This document shows, in pieces, positions 1 through 13,155 of a DNA stretch of 64,000 nucleotides; position 1 is the first letter of the stretch, and every line of letters starts with the position of its first letter. A program made the translations under genes and the position numbers. This DNA is from Lytechinus pictus (lineage: Eukaryota). Under the pieces are notes generated by a model. The model ran no database searches, was not told the DNA's origin, and saw nothing but the letters and a program-made list of their open reading frames with translations. The DNA is taken from positions 21,082,001-21,146,000 of the forward strand of contig NC_087252.1 in the NCBI RefSeq assembly GCF_037042905.1, given 5' to 3'.

Positions 1-715
1 GAAAATCACTCCTTATTAAGACAGAGAAGAGACAGCATTTCATTCTCTCCATCCTACCTTCTTCAATTTTCTGTTTCTTTCCTCCCCCCCCCCCTCTCTC
101 TCTCTCCCTCTCGCTCTGCTCAAATTCCTGCCAGTGGCTTCATGTATCCCAGCCTCAACTAACGTATATCACGTTCTCGGATGCTTGACCCAGCTAGGTG
201 CTTGAACAGAGTGTTTTCAAGTTCAATAGGTGGGACCGAGGGAGGGGAGCGGAAAGGATTTGGGAGGAGGTACGGTGTCTTGAGGATTGAGAGTCGAAGA
301 AAGAGGTAGGGAGAGAAAGAGAGAGAAAAGGGGGAGGGAGCCTTGAGAATTGGGAGTACAAGGAAGAGGGAAGAGAGAGAGAGAAAAGGTAAGGAGGGAA
401 TCGTGGAAAGACATTTTAAATAGAGAGGAAGAGAGGTATGTGGAAAAGAGGGGAGGGAAGACAATGGGTGATTTCAAGTGCAGTGTTGACCTTTTGGTGT
501 TGGTGTTAGGTCAATTTTTACACGAGTATAACATCAAACATAAAATGAAGATGGTCCTGAAAAGTCACTCATTAGTTGTTGAGATGTCAATAATGTGATC
601 TGGTTCAGTTTTACCAACTCAGAATAGGTTTTGGAGCAAGGGGAAGCAATCCAAATTGTGCTTCCAACACCAACACCAACGCTAACACCAGACTTGAAAT
701 CACCCAAGGCCAATA

Positions 716-1188
716 GGTGGTTTCAAACCGCCTCGATCACAAGAATCCCTGTTAAATTACGAGAACTTTTTCAGGCCAGAAAATACCAGTTAATTATTCA
801 CACCACCCCGAAACATACCCTTCGGAATAAGTTCCTGAAGTTACGAGCATGCGCACTATGGTCTAATAAGAAAGCAAGGCGCAATATTCAAAATCGCTAG
901 CTCAGCAGCCACCCACGGTGCCCGCACCCAACTGCACGCTGGGCTAAAAAAAAAGTTCCCGTAAATTGATTTCACACTGCCAAAATACCTGCGCCCTTGG
1001 AAAAATCTCCAAAAATGTTCTCGTAACTTTGACAACTACCTACTATTTAGCTGGTATTTTCTTTCGGGGAGATTACGCATAATTTGCTTTCACATTGCCA
1101 AAATTACTTGGTTTTTTTCTGATCGGGGTAAATTTCCAGATCAGAAAACACGTGGAACTGACAAAATTTGAGGCGGTCTGAAACCACC
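716..1188. mobile_element. TA-flanked MITE, TIR GGTGGTTTCARACCGCCTC (copy 1)
   Basis: Terminal inverted repeats ta|GGTGGTTTCAAACCGCCTC ... GAGGCGGTCTGAAACCACC|ta. A similar full-length copy lies at 8130-8604. Confidence 0.88.
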
Positions 1189-2855
1189 TAGTGAGAGAGA
1201 GAGAGTGACAGAGAGAGACAGAATGAAAGGAGAGGAGGAAGGGTGTATTGAATATTGAGAGTAAAAGGGAGAGATAGGGAGAGACAGAGATAGATTTAAA
1301 GGTGGGGGGCAGTAGGGGGCACAAGGCCGTATGACCGAAGGAGTCTATATAGAAAGAGTGGGGAGAGAGAGGATCAACAAAATGTAATATGGGGAAAGAT
1401 GACAAGAATAAAAGATCATAAGTGTGGAAATAAATAATAATAATAAATGTTTATATAGCACATAATATTCAACAGAATCTCTATGCGCTTTACAAAAGAG
1501 GTAATTAAGTCTAATACAGATATACTTAGAATGAAATACATAAATACTAAATGAAAGCTTAACAAAACATTGTAACATACCTATCCTAAACAAAATAATC
1601 TATCATGAGAACAAATAAGTTTTTAAAGATGAAAACAACTAGAAAGTGTAGAGAAAAGAATAAAGAAAAAAGGAATTAAGATATTATAGAGAAGGCAGGT
1701 AAAAACTAATACATCAAGTCTGGAGGGAGGGGGAAATACAAAAATAAGGATAGAGTAAGAGACAGTGATATTCAGAGATAAACAGACATGGACAGACACG
1801 GAGAGATAGACGTAGATTGCAGATATTCACCATCGCAATGCATGCTCTGCATCATAATGCAATGCCATGTTTTTCCCGAACCGATGCGGCATTATAAAGC
1901 AGGTGCGTGCGTTCGGCACTGAATGCACTCAAAATCAATATCTAATCTGAGCCGGAATACAGACAGTCGTCTTTGATTTGATGAGTTGGGTCGTTTTATT
2001 TCCATCCTCGAATTCCTGTGAGCTTGCATATCCAATGAACATATTAGTAGGCCTACATATACTGCAGATAAGCTAAGACGTTTTATTGAAAGAAAAAAAA
2101 ATCTCACGCTTGAGCTGGGAACATACTGAATAACATCTTGCAGTATTATTTGTATTTGAACGTTGGTATACTCAATAAACATTGTAAAATCTGAAATATA
2201 AACATGGACATGATATTCTTATTCAAAATTGAAAACAATTGTTATATTTTCCTTAACTTTCTGCAGATATTCTACATTGGATTTCTCTTCTTAAAAATCC
2301 ACATCATTTCTAACTTACAGCAAAGTGGTTTGCTTTGCTTGTATTGAACTGTCAAATATTATTTCTGTAAAAGCCTATTTCCTTCCATCCTGAATCCTTT
2401 CCGAATCTATAATCTGTGATTTTTTTTCTTCCTCTCCCCTTGTTTTCTCTCTCTCTCTCAATCTCCACCTCTTTCTCTCTCCCTCCTATCAAACATTTCT
2501 CTTCTTCTTTCCTCTGAGTATTCATAAGTCGATATATACCATATTAAGCATGGTATTAACGCATCACGCCTCCTCAAAATACCAAGAAACGTAGAACACC
2601 CTCGAACCCTAACACATCCATATGGCAGAAAGCCAATTATGTCTGTCGGCAGCAGAGGGTTTCCAAAATAAAATCAGAGCCTCAGGTATGGAGAAGCAGC
2701 GGTGAAGCTGGACATCAAAATTTAATTTAGAGGTATCAACCAGGGCATGAATTTTCATTGTTCTCGGTTTCTTGTGAGCTGCATTATAGAGTAATACGTT
2801 GGTGGTCGTGTTGGGTCAATACTGAAGAGTGAGGATCAAAGCAAAGGGCTATTTA

Positions 2856-3054
2856 CACTGTAAGAAATGTTTTAACCAACCTATATTGGTTAAAACATGA
2901 ACCCACTAACTTTTGGTTTAAAAAATGTGATTCCACCAAACATTGGTTAAAACAAAATTGTATGCAAAATGACTTGGGTTTTTTTTTCAACCAACAGTTA
3001 ATCAGTTTATATTTCAACCAACCTTTTGATTGGTTAAAAACAATTCCGAGAGTG
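2856..3054. mobile_element. CAC..GTG MITE (EnSpm/CMC-like) with internal AACCAA repeats
   Basis: ta|CACTGTAAGAAATGTTTTAACCAA ... TTGGTTAAAAACAATTCCGAGAGTG|ta. Confidence 0.65.
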
Positions 3055-3850
3055 TATATATGACAGGGGACTCTAATTCTGTCACCATTCTTAATGTTGG
3101 TTCACCACAATGGAACAATCCAAAAACATACTGTGCATTAATGCAATTCAAAATAGAATTTTGCTAAATATTGCATAATTTTGCATACACAAAATAACAC
3201 AAGATGCCTGCATCGCCACTAATATCACAGACTTACGAACCTGTGCATTATTTGTTTTATATAGTGGGTCAGCCATATGAAATTATAGTGTAAATTTGAA
3301 TATATGTTTAAATGGTTATATATGGACTTAGGGAACAGTCAAATACTTTGGATTTTCCATTACCACCATTGACGTCACAAACTTTAATACCTGTGCATTA
3401 TTTGTTTCATATAGCAGGTCAACAGTGTGGATTTGCAGTGTAAATCTTTTATTTCAAATGTTTCAATGGTTACGGAATCAGGGAATGTTTATGCTTTGGA
3501 AATTCTATCCAGGGAATTATTAGTGACACTCAAACTTCTATCCCATCACCAAGACTGATCATCTAGAAAGTGGCGCTATAATTGCCCTCACTAGATCAGA
3601 TTCAGATAGGATCGTTATTTTTCCCAGAATCCCAGTCAAGTGTGAACGGACCAATATCCTTTTGGACATATCTATTTCGGCCTTGGCCTTCGCTCTAGGC
3701 AAAATTCATATCCAGGGAAGGAGGGAATTAACATCACTCTATGTCATATTTTGATGCGTACTGACCTCTCCGAATATATTGGTAATTTTAATTTCATATT
3801 ACTTGTTCCCTGGTTGATGTACTAGTCAAAATATTATCTCAACTTAAAAG

Positions 3851-4569
3851 TAGTCTTCAGCCGCAGACCCTTGGGTTTTCATACAGTGCATAATGCAGTG
3901 TCTGAAGCAGCAGACTACATGTAGATTAACATTGGTACCATGGCTGCCTTAAAGGGATGGTCCGGGCTGAAAATACTTATATCTTAATAAATAGAGTAAA
4001 TTTCACAGAGCAAAATGCTGAAAATTTCATCAAAATCGGATAACAAATAACGAAGTTATTGAATTTTAAAGTTTATCAATATTTTGTGAAAACATTTATA
4101 TGCACATCGTCATGAATATTCATTAGGCGGGCTGATGATGTCACATCTCCACTTTCCTTTTTCTTACGTTATTACATGAAATCATAAATGTTTCATTTTT
4201 TCATACATGTGTAAATCATGTGTCTCCGTTATGATGAAATAAGTTGCGGCAATTAATGCACTTAATCAGTTGTCAATCCAATTGTTTAGTTCTTGGTAGA
4301 AAAATTTAGAATAAACCTAATTTCCTATGATAAATTACAAAACAACAAGTGGGGATATGACATCATCAACCCACCTAATGAATATTCATAAAGACATGCT
4401 TTAGAACTGTTTCACCAGAATAATACAAATCTTTAAAATTCAATAACTTTGTTATTTGTTATCCGATTTTGATGAAATTTTCAGCATTTTGCTCTGTGAA
4501 TTTTACTCTATTTATTGAGATATAAATATTTCCAGCCAGTGTAAAATTTGAGTCTGTGCTTGAAGACTA
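3851..4569. mobile_element. Old TAG..CTA element (Academ-like) hosting a nested MITE
   Basis: Imperfect TIR TAGTCTTCAGCCGCAGAC / GTCTGTGCTTGAAGACTA. Flanks are ACTTAAAAG (3842-3850) and, after an intervening CATGTA, ACTTAAAAC (4576-4584). Confidence 0.5.
3953..4537. mobile_element. TTAA-type (Kolobok-like) palindromic MITE, right terminus deleted
   Basis: Starts ttaa|AGGGATGGTCCGGGCTGAAAAT. About 190-bp inverted arms (e.g. AAAATTTCATCAAAATCGGATAACAAATAAC and its complement); the last roughly 12 bp and right TTAA are missing. Confidence 0.8.
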
Positions 4570-5764
4570 CATGTAACTTAAAACAGCCAATGGCTATTTA
4601 TTCAATATTCCCATCGCCCTCCCTCTGAAAAAAAAGTTTCTTCACCACTTGCTTGCATCGCTTTCAGATAAAACAGCTAATTTAAACGGCAGTAACTTTC
4701 TTACAGTTAATATGTATTTTTTGGGCATGAGCACAAATATTACAAATGGGGGAAGGGCACTGCTTTTGGTGTTTATATAACCCTCAACAGATTTCTATCT
4801 TTTTAGCAATATCCTTTTTGCGTACACAAAGTAATTCATATATTAATGCCGACATGAGAACATAAACCCTATCTTTGCCCATTTCAATCTTGGCTAACAA
4901 AAGAAACATAATATTTTATTTTAAGGCAAAGCGTAATTCAATAAACTTGCATGAAAAAATAATATTTTGCATAAAAATGCAATTTATTAATGCATTTACA
5001 TCATTCTGTTCTATGAATGTTGGAAATGCAAATAATTTTCATTCACAGTGTCACTCTGCATGTGGTACTAATGCATTGAATTGAGAAATAACAGAATCTT
5101 GACAAAATAAAAAGAGCACTGCTTCCCTCCAGCCGACCACTAACATCTTTCTTGTTCCGACCACTAACTACTTTCTAGTACCAACCATGAAATACAGGTC
5201 ACGACCCCAATCATGATATTTCCAGAGGGATTCTTGATCTCACAGCACGCCCTCGTCTCAAAGATGATATTATAAACAATAAACAAGAATATTCATGAAG
5301 TCTTCACCGCAGGCTTCATACTATGATAATAAGCCTCTCAAAACAATTGCAGTTCATTTTTTTTCTGTTTTCATTTTTTCTGTTTGGCGGCCATGTCTTT
5401 GTTATTAATATAGAATTTCAAGCAAAAACCAGAGCTGTGAATAGTGTGTGACTGGCTAAAAATGAGGTGTAGATCCCAAGCTTGTGGATTTTTAATTTAA
5501 AGCTAAAATGGATTTGAATTCAAATCCTTTGAGATTAAACAAATAAATCATTAGTATTCCAAATAAATCCAATGTTCAGCTGGGCACTATAAACAAATGA
5601 TTTGGGTTTGTTTTAAAAGCCTTGAAAGTTAGAGTGTGAGTATGACATGTCATTGATACTAAATTACAATATTCTATTTGTATACAACACTTTTCAAATT
5701 GTACACAAGAAAAATTCCTATTTACAATTACCACAGTCTCTCCACTCCCTGCTACCAACTTTAA

Positions 5765-6374
5765 AGGACAAGTCCACCCCAACAAAATGTTGATTTGAAT
5801 AAAAAGAGAAAAATCCAATGAGCATAACACTGAAAATTTAATCAAAATCGGATGTAAAATCAGAAAGTTATGACATTTTTACGTTTCGCTTAATTTCACA
5901 TAATAGTTATATGCACATTCCAGTCGGTATGCAAATGAGGGAAATGATGACATCACTCACTCACTTTTTCTTTTGTATTTTATTGTATGAAATTGAAATA
6001 TGATATATTCTAATTTTCTCCTCGTTCTCTTGTGAAACAAAGTTTTATTTCTCCCTGAACATGTGGAATTACCATTGTTTAACATTATATGGTTCAGTCA
6101 AGTTGGTCCTTATTGTCAAATCTGTAAAAATTGAAATATTGTATAATTCAAACAATAAAAAAGAAAAGAAATAGTGAGTGAGGGACATCATCAATTCTCT
6201 CATTTGCATGTGACTAAATTGTGCATACAACTATTTTGAGAAAAATAAGCGAAACTTTAAAATGTCATAACTTTCTTATTTTACATCCGATTTTTAATGA
6301 AATTTTCAGCATTATGCTTGTCTGATTTTTCTCTGTTGATTCAAATCAACATTTTTATGAGGTGGACTTGACCT
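5765..6374. mobile_element. TTAA-TSD Kolobok-like MITE with long imperfect TIRs
   Basis: ttaa|AGGACAAGTCCACC ... GGTGGACTTGACCT|ttaa with about 200-bp inverted arms. A degenerate relative starts at 57477. Confidence 0.9.
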
Positions 6375-6755
6375 TTAAGACTATTTCTCAATTTTGAGAG
6401 ATTTATGGAACATTTCAAATATGAATAATATTCAATATACTATACATGTAGTCTCAGAAGGGGTTTTCCCTGTGGAAATGTTGCATAGCCCGAGTCTGGG
6501 AAGGATTTGGTAACATTTCAAAAACAAGTAATATTTCATGAACAATGAATATTTTACCGGAAAGGCAGAATGCACTTTAAAGATTGCCTTTCCTCTGTGC
6601 AATTCCCTTTTCCAAGCATTCAAACCAACCCTCGTTTTGAAATCATATATCATCTTATCTTTTTGACAAGTCTGACAGATACATAATATTGAAGTCACAT
6701 TACAGGGTTAAAGGCTGCACTCCCACATAGGGTTCATTCACAATGCAGTTTTTTG

Positions 6756-7369
6756 CAGAGTTGCAAACCCTTACTGTAAACAGGGCTCCACACTAACACT
6801 TTTTTTCTACTGGTCCAACCTATTCATGTCAGACCAGTAGATACCCAGTTTTTCAACTTTTAACTGGTCTGATCCTAAAATTTACTGGTTCCCCAGAATA
6901 AATGAAAACTTAAAAATTATCATGCTGTTGTTTATTGATTTTATTCTCCCCCCAAATACAAATAAACAGTACACACTCACAATATAATTAATGAGAGCAA
7001 TTTCTCAATTTTGGAGAGCCATTTGTATAATGTACAAAAGAGGAGAAAAGATCATTTGTATCGGTTTTATATATTTTTACTGGTCATGTTGGACCAGTAA
7101 ATCTGGGTATTTCTGAAAAGTTACTGGCCTGATAGCAATTTTTACTGGTCTGGGACCGTAGGACCAGTGCCAGTGTCGCGCGCTACCTTACGGAATATTA
7201 ACGAGATGTGTTCTAATGTAAATTCAGTGTTTACTTCCCGATTGAATGACTGAGAGAAAAACTTTTGTTAACCTGTTTTGTCTTGTAAGAAAACATTTGG
7301 TTCAGCCGTTTAGTTATTCACATTGTAATTTCTTATCTGATTCATAATCCATAACGGTTGGCATCTCTG
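6756..7369. mobile_element. Nested hAT-like MITEs: outer CAGAGTTGC(C/A)AACC element with an inner CAGGGCTCCACACT element (6781 to about 7185)
   Basis: Outer TIR CAGAGTTGCAAACC / GGTTGGCATCTCTG. The inner element has repeated TACTGGTCC/GGACCAGT subterminal motifs and a degenerate right TIR. Confidence 0.6.
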
Positions 7370-8129
7370 TTTTTGTCTCAGGCTTCAATGTTTATCAAGA
7401 TGCACTGGTATACAGATGGGGGGGGGACATAGGGGTCCATGCCCCCCCCCCCCAAAAAAAAAAAGTTTTACAACAAAAAAAGGGGGAATAGAGAGCAAAA
7501 GAAAAGAAAAGAGGGTAAATTGTGACATTATTTTCTGAATATCGCATCAAAATCTATCAGAAAATTAGATTTTCAAAATTTCATATTTAAAAAGGGCAAT
7601 TTTTTTTGGCTTTCATCTTTTTAGAAATATTGCCTCATATGACATGCATGGCCCCCTTAAATTTTTGGGCCCATTATGCTACTGTCAAAATGTATGTGAT
7701 AAAAACCTCGGGCTCAACCATGGAACAAAAAATATATTACTGCTTGATGAAATTTTCACTGAGATTCAGAGCAAAAATATGCTACAATTAAAGCTCGGGT
7801 TTCTAAAGTTCAAAGTATACATTCAAAATAAATTTTCCTTAAAATGAATGCACTGCAGAAGAGATGATCTGGAAACAGGTATTTTCCACCAAATATTGTG
7901 AAAGAGTGGAATTGATTGTCATGGCTGTTTTCAGAAGTTTAAGACGTGAGAGGAACAAAACAAAATTATTCAAAATGACAACCTGTTTGTGTAAATGGAC
8001 CCTATCAGGCATAACCTTTAGACTGGGATAAAAGTTACATTAAATTTTCTTGTATTGAAATGAAAGATAGATTGCCTTGAGAGAAATTGTAGACATGAAT
8101 TCTCTCAAAACAATATCTCTCACACATTA

Positions 8130-8604
8130 GGTGGTTTCAAACCGCCTCGATCACAAGAATCCCCGTTAAATTACGAGAACATTTTTAGGCTAAAAAATAC
8201 CCATTAATTATTCCTGCATTCAGACCGCCCCGAAACATACACTTCGGGATAAATTCCTGAAGTTAGGAGCATGCGCAGTATATGGTCTAATAAGCAGGCA
8301 AGGCGCGAGATTCAAAACTACTAGCCCAGCAGCCACCCACGGCGCCGCACCCAACGACACGCTGGGCTAAAAGTTCCCGTAATTTGCTTTCACATCGCCA
8401 AAATACCTGCGACCTTGGAAAAATCGCCGCGAAAGTTCTCGTAATTTCGCCAAGTACCTACTAATTAGCGGGTATTTTCTTTCGGGGAAATTATGCGTAG
8501 TTTGCTTTCACATTACCAAAATACCTGGTATTTTCTGATCGGGGTAAATTTCCCGATCAGAGAATACCTGGAACTGACGAACTTCGAGGCGGTCTGAAAC
8601 CACC
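8130..8604. mobile_element. TA-flanked MITE, same family as 716-1188 (copy 2)
   Basis: Same TIRs and colinear interior. Confidence 0.88.
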
Positions 8605-8776
8605 TAGTAAGTCCTACTGCCACCCCCTTCCTTTTTATAAAAGAAATGTTTTCTTGAGAAATTGCAACCTGAGACATTTTTTATACTTGGTTGTTCATTG
8701 AGTCTTCTCCCATCTTTCTTTCATTACCTCAAGTCAACCCATTAAATCATTGCTCTTTGATGTTATTGGCATTTAA

Positions 8777-9171
8777 AGAGAAATTCCAGTAGTTGCAGTA
8801 AACACTGATTTCATGAGAAAGTCTGTAAAACCAGGCTTAATTGTCAGTATATCATCGAGGATCTAGATCTGGTACAGTTACATAAACTGAACTTTGGGAA
8901 ATCTTGAAATCTATGCTGAAAAATGTTCAGACTGAACTTCCCCAACACAGATAAGCGCACGTGGGACTGTGTATAATTAGTGCTTTGAGCGTCGGGCCCG
9001 ACGCTCTACCCGAACCCTGTGCTTATTTGCTGATTTCTCAGCAATTACACAATTTCTTCCAGAATCCTTTGGCACATGCGTTTTATTTATACAAACAGAC
9101 ACTTTGGTGGTCATTTCATTGGATTCTGTATGAACTCATTTTGATATCATTACCAAAACTAGCATTTACCT
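8777..9171 (-). mobile_element. TTAA-TSD MITE, roughly 395-bp family (opposite orientation to the copies at 17481, 56065 and 60044)
   Basis: ttaa|AGAGAAATTCCAGTAGTTGCAG ... ACTAGCATTTACCT|ttaa. The interior is the reverse complement of 60044-60440. Confidence 0.88.
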
Positions 9172-9250
9172 TTAAGCCTTCTCGCATCTTTCTTTCATTA
9201 CCTCAAGTCAACCCATTAAATCATTGCTCTTTTATCTTATTGGTATTTAA

Positions 9251-9747
9251 AGGGGAAGTTCACCCTGAAGAAAACTTTGTTGCAAAAATAGCAGAAAAAA
9301 TAGTAAAAAATATTGGTGAAGGTTTGAGGAAAATCTGTTAAAGAGTAAGAAAGTTATTAGAGTTCAAAGTTTTGGATTTGTGACGTCATAAACGAGCAGC
9401 TGCCCCATGTGTTATGTAATATAAAATGCATGAATTTCAAATTTTGCATGGTTCCTGATGAATTAATTTTGTTTTCTATTCATTATCGGGTGTGAAATAA
9501 TTTGTCTATTGATATACAAAAGGTACAGTGAAAACCATTTTCAATTTTCTAAGAAAATGACATTTCATTGAATTTTTACCATTCGCTATGTAGGAATGCT
9601 GCTCGCATATGACGTCACAAATCAAATAATTGAAATTCTAATAACTTTTTAATCATTTGATGAATTTTTCTCAAACCTTCGGCAATATTTTCTATTATTT
9701 TTTCTGCTATTTTTACAATAAAGTTTTTGTCAGGGTGAACTTCCCCT
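9251..9747. mobile_element. TTAA-TSD Kolobok-like MITE
   Basis: ttaa|AGGGGAAGTTCACCCTGA ... TCAGGGTGAACTTCCCCT|ttaa with about 150-bp inverted arms. Confidence 0.92.
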
Positions 9748-10214
9748 TTAAACTTGAAATGGTGGTCGGGATTTTCTGTCCAACAAAATGCAGCTGCGAG
9801 GGGAAAGAATTTTCCCCACAATATTTTGATGACATTTACTCTGATTTTAGATATTGAATTATGTGGCGGCCTACATGTACATTATAAGAAAGCATGAAAT
9901 TGAAATGTGATGGGTAGACACAGAACATTTCTGAGAAGAAGACAAATCCGAGAGGAAATTCAGGGAAAATCCCCCAAAATACAAAATGCAAATGACAAGC
10001 CAATGATGTAGAAGAGAGTGGCGGTTGCTTGGAGGGGGCAGAAAGGTAGATGGATTACCGTATGAAATGGAATTCAAGTCAAACACAACATTGAAATACA
10101 ATGGGAGAAATCATGACAGCAGAGCGATGAAGAGGGAGAGGAGATAATCGTCAAAATGATATTGAGTAGCGATTAACTAGTAACTATTAAAGCTGAGACA
10201 AATGAGTGTAGCGA

Positions 10215-10392
10215 TTCTCATTGGAATGCTTCCCCAGGGAGTGGAGAAAGTGCATACATTTAGTGCAGGAAAGCCAGAATCGGATGACCACAGAATAATT
10301 TTAGGCTTTATCTGTAAAGATTTGTTAGAGACATCATACTGATGTATCAAGTGCTAAGCCCTATATAAAAGTGGAATATTATCATTATAATA
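10215..10392 (+). mobile_element. SINE 3' half, degenerate
   Basis: TTGGAATGCTTCCCCAGGGAGTGGAGAAAGTGCATACAT...CTATATAAAAGTGGAATATTAT matches the 3' half of the 14113 SINE. Confidence 0.75.
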
Positions 10393-11537
10393 ATCATTTT
10401 TCATATATCGGATACGAGGAAATAAGAATGGGATCTTCTTGACATCATTTTTTTTTACTCCTTTTTCTGGAAAAAAGTACATTTTATTTTTGGAATTGAA
10501 GATACTGACGACATTAGGGGGACACAGACAAAAATCAATCTGCAGCTGTGTAGAATAAAACTGCATAACCGTCAAGTATTACCAGATGGGTGCAGGTTTG
10601 AATAAGACATGGTGTAGCCCTATTCACATAAGGAAATAATGAGCTTTGAAGAATTCTCATCAATGCATTGGACAAACATACTATGTTAGGGCCTATTCAC
10701 ACTATAAACCTGAGCTCTACTTTAATGAAGAGAATCATTTAGAATGCACACCTGTTCTGGTGACCAGACATGAATGTGGTATTTGGACCTATTCACACTT
10801 ACATATAAATCTTAAAAGTAGACATGTTTCTACCTACATGTACATGTATAATGATCAAAGCAAATGCACCTGTCCCATGGGAACACATGATAGAGGCTTA
10901 TTTCAGTTTATCCCTTTTTAACATTCTTATCTTTCTCGTGTGAAAGTGGCTCCTTAGAAGGATTTGTGGCCTTCTTTACAGCTGTTCAGATGAAACTCAA
11001 GATTTGATCATCTCCTTAAAGTTGCCAATTTGTGAGTCGATATCTTGAGTGCGGAAGTCTGACATCGATGTATTTTCCCTGCTCAATGTTGAATCAGAAT
11101 TACAATGTAGAATGTAGGCGGGACAATAAATCAAGACTGCTGCAACTACACAAATCGCTGAATCCTACCCGAGATTGCTTTGAACCAGGCAAATATTTAT
11201 TTTTTGGGGGCAACTTTTTAAAACCTTCTGCATAAAACTGCAACACTGGATAAGCTTTAACATTGCAGTGAATGCGGATTTCTAGTGCTCCACTTTACTT
11301 TCTGGGTTCTTTTGAGCATTTGGGGGTGACATTGCCCCGAGCCCCCAAGTAATTTCTTGCCTGCGTTGAACCCCTATTCTCTGCTTCGAGAGGCAGATGC
11401 TTAGATTATTTCAGCCTGCCCTGCACATGCATATACAGATTTCATCTCCTTAAAATTTCATATTTACCCAGCTTGCTTGATTTTGATTTCTGCAAAGTCA
11501 GACGGAGAAAACATGCAATAGTGCTATAGCATGTGTG

Positions 11538-11676
11538 GGGGGTGTTTCATGAAGAAAAGTTTCACCAGTGATTTTCAAAGACTAATTTGCTCTCAGCCAA
11601 TCAGATGCAAGGATTTGCAGTAGCTTATAACATGTCAGTGAAAACCACCCAAACAACTTCCCATGAAACACTCCCC
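11538..11676. mobile_element. Short PIF/Harbinger-like MITE
   Basis: TIR GGGG(G)GTGTTTCATGAAGAA / TTCCCATGAAACACTCCCC. Confidence 0.65.
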
Positions 11677-12785
11677 TGAAAGTGAAATGAACTAATTAAC
11701 AGCATGACTTGTACAAATCTATTCAGGTAGTAGTATTCAACATGGGCAACATTTGCGTTCTAGTAACAAACTAATACGATAATGAAATGTAACCTCATTA
11801 GAAAGGTGTAGAGACAAGATTATTTTTAAGATCTGAACGCATATCAAACGTCAAAATATAATTGGGTTAAGAATGTATTGTCTACATAGGTTTTTTTGTC
11901 CAAAATGTATTAAGCACTATATAAATAGAATATATTTTATTAATATTATTAAAATGTGCTTCGGAGATGCACTGAGTCCATACCTAAATACAATGAAAGC
12001 CAGAAGCAGAGCTGCTATTTAAAGGGAGACAAGAAAGCGTGATTTCAAGGCAGAATTAAGTCTTTTCTCCCATTGGTCCCATATGCTTCAAAACTATTTT
12101 TTCATTTTCCACTACCTTATCTTCAAATGTTTCAAACCAAGGTTCGAACCATGGAACTGCACCATAGTCCCATACATGTAGAAAACATCAGAAAAAATGG
12201 ACACAACGACAAAATATCCAAAGAAAATTACCAGGGGCCACAATTATATGACAAAGAAAATGATTTATAAAAGTTCTTTCATTTGTGGAAGCTCTCAATA
12301 AACTCTCCCACTTAACAGATTAAAGAGTGAAACCTTAAAATTTGTCTTTTTAAAAGTTTTGTTAATTCTTCGGCAAACATGAAAAAAGGGAGAGGACAGT
12401 TTCTATAAGGTTGTTGGATAATGTGGTCCTAATGGAGGATGAATGTTTTGTTTGCAAAGGTTTCAGATTTTGAAGGTAATGCCTAATAGCTTTGCTTATT
12501 ATCGTCATCAGAAAAAATATTTTCTCAGTCCCAGCATAGAGCTATTACAGAGCTCTATGGTCCCAGGTAATATGTAGACAGCAGCATATGGTTTGAAAAG
12601 CTACTAAAAAAACTCAGAATTGTTGTTGCAACTAGGATTTATTTAGATTAGATTTGGCTCACATTTCTTATTTCATAAAATTTGTTTCATATTAGATATG
12701 GTTTGGAAAGCTATTCAAAATAAAATTGATGATTTCAATTTATAACTTGTTTCATTTCATATTTCAGTTTGATTTTGTTTTAGAT

Positions 12786-12882
12786 AAATTCCTTGCCAAA
12801 GGATGCCGATGCTGTGGTGGGATTTGAACACACAACCCTCTGATTACAAGACGAGAATCAAGACCAGTAGACCACAATGCTC
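12786..12882 (-). mobile_element. SINE 5' (tRNA head) fragment
   Basis: The reverse complement matches the SINE head (TTGTAATCAGAGGGTTGTGTGTTCAAATCCCACC...CCTTTGGCAAGG). Confidence 0.75.
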
Positions 12883-12896
12883 CTATGCATTTGCTG

Positions 12897-13155
12897 GGCC
12901 CCGTAAAGAGTTACGATTGATCCGATCAATCGTAACTCTATGGAAATCTATCAGTGCCATAATTTTTTTCTATGAAAAACTTGCACAATGTCCTCTAAGA
13001 GAAGCGCAGTGAATTTTCAAGAAAACAATCAATGCATTAATGTACATCATAGCTAGAAAATATTTTGAGTAAACATGCATAATAGATGTTGACGCTGCTG
13101 GCCGTCCATAGTTACGATTGATCGGATCAATCGTAACTCTTTGTAGGACGGGGCC
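12897..13155. mobile_element. PIF/Harbinger-like MITE (GGCCCCGT TIR, 3-bp CTG TSD)
   Basis: ctg|GGCCCCGT..AAAGAGTTACGATTGATCCGATCAATCG ... CGTAACTCTTTGTAGGACGGGGCC|ctg. A second copy is at 41385. Confidence 0.8.
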
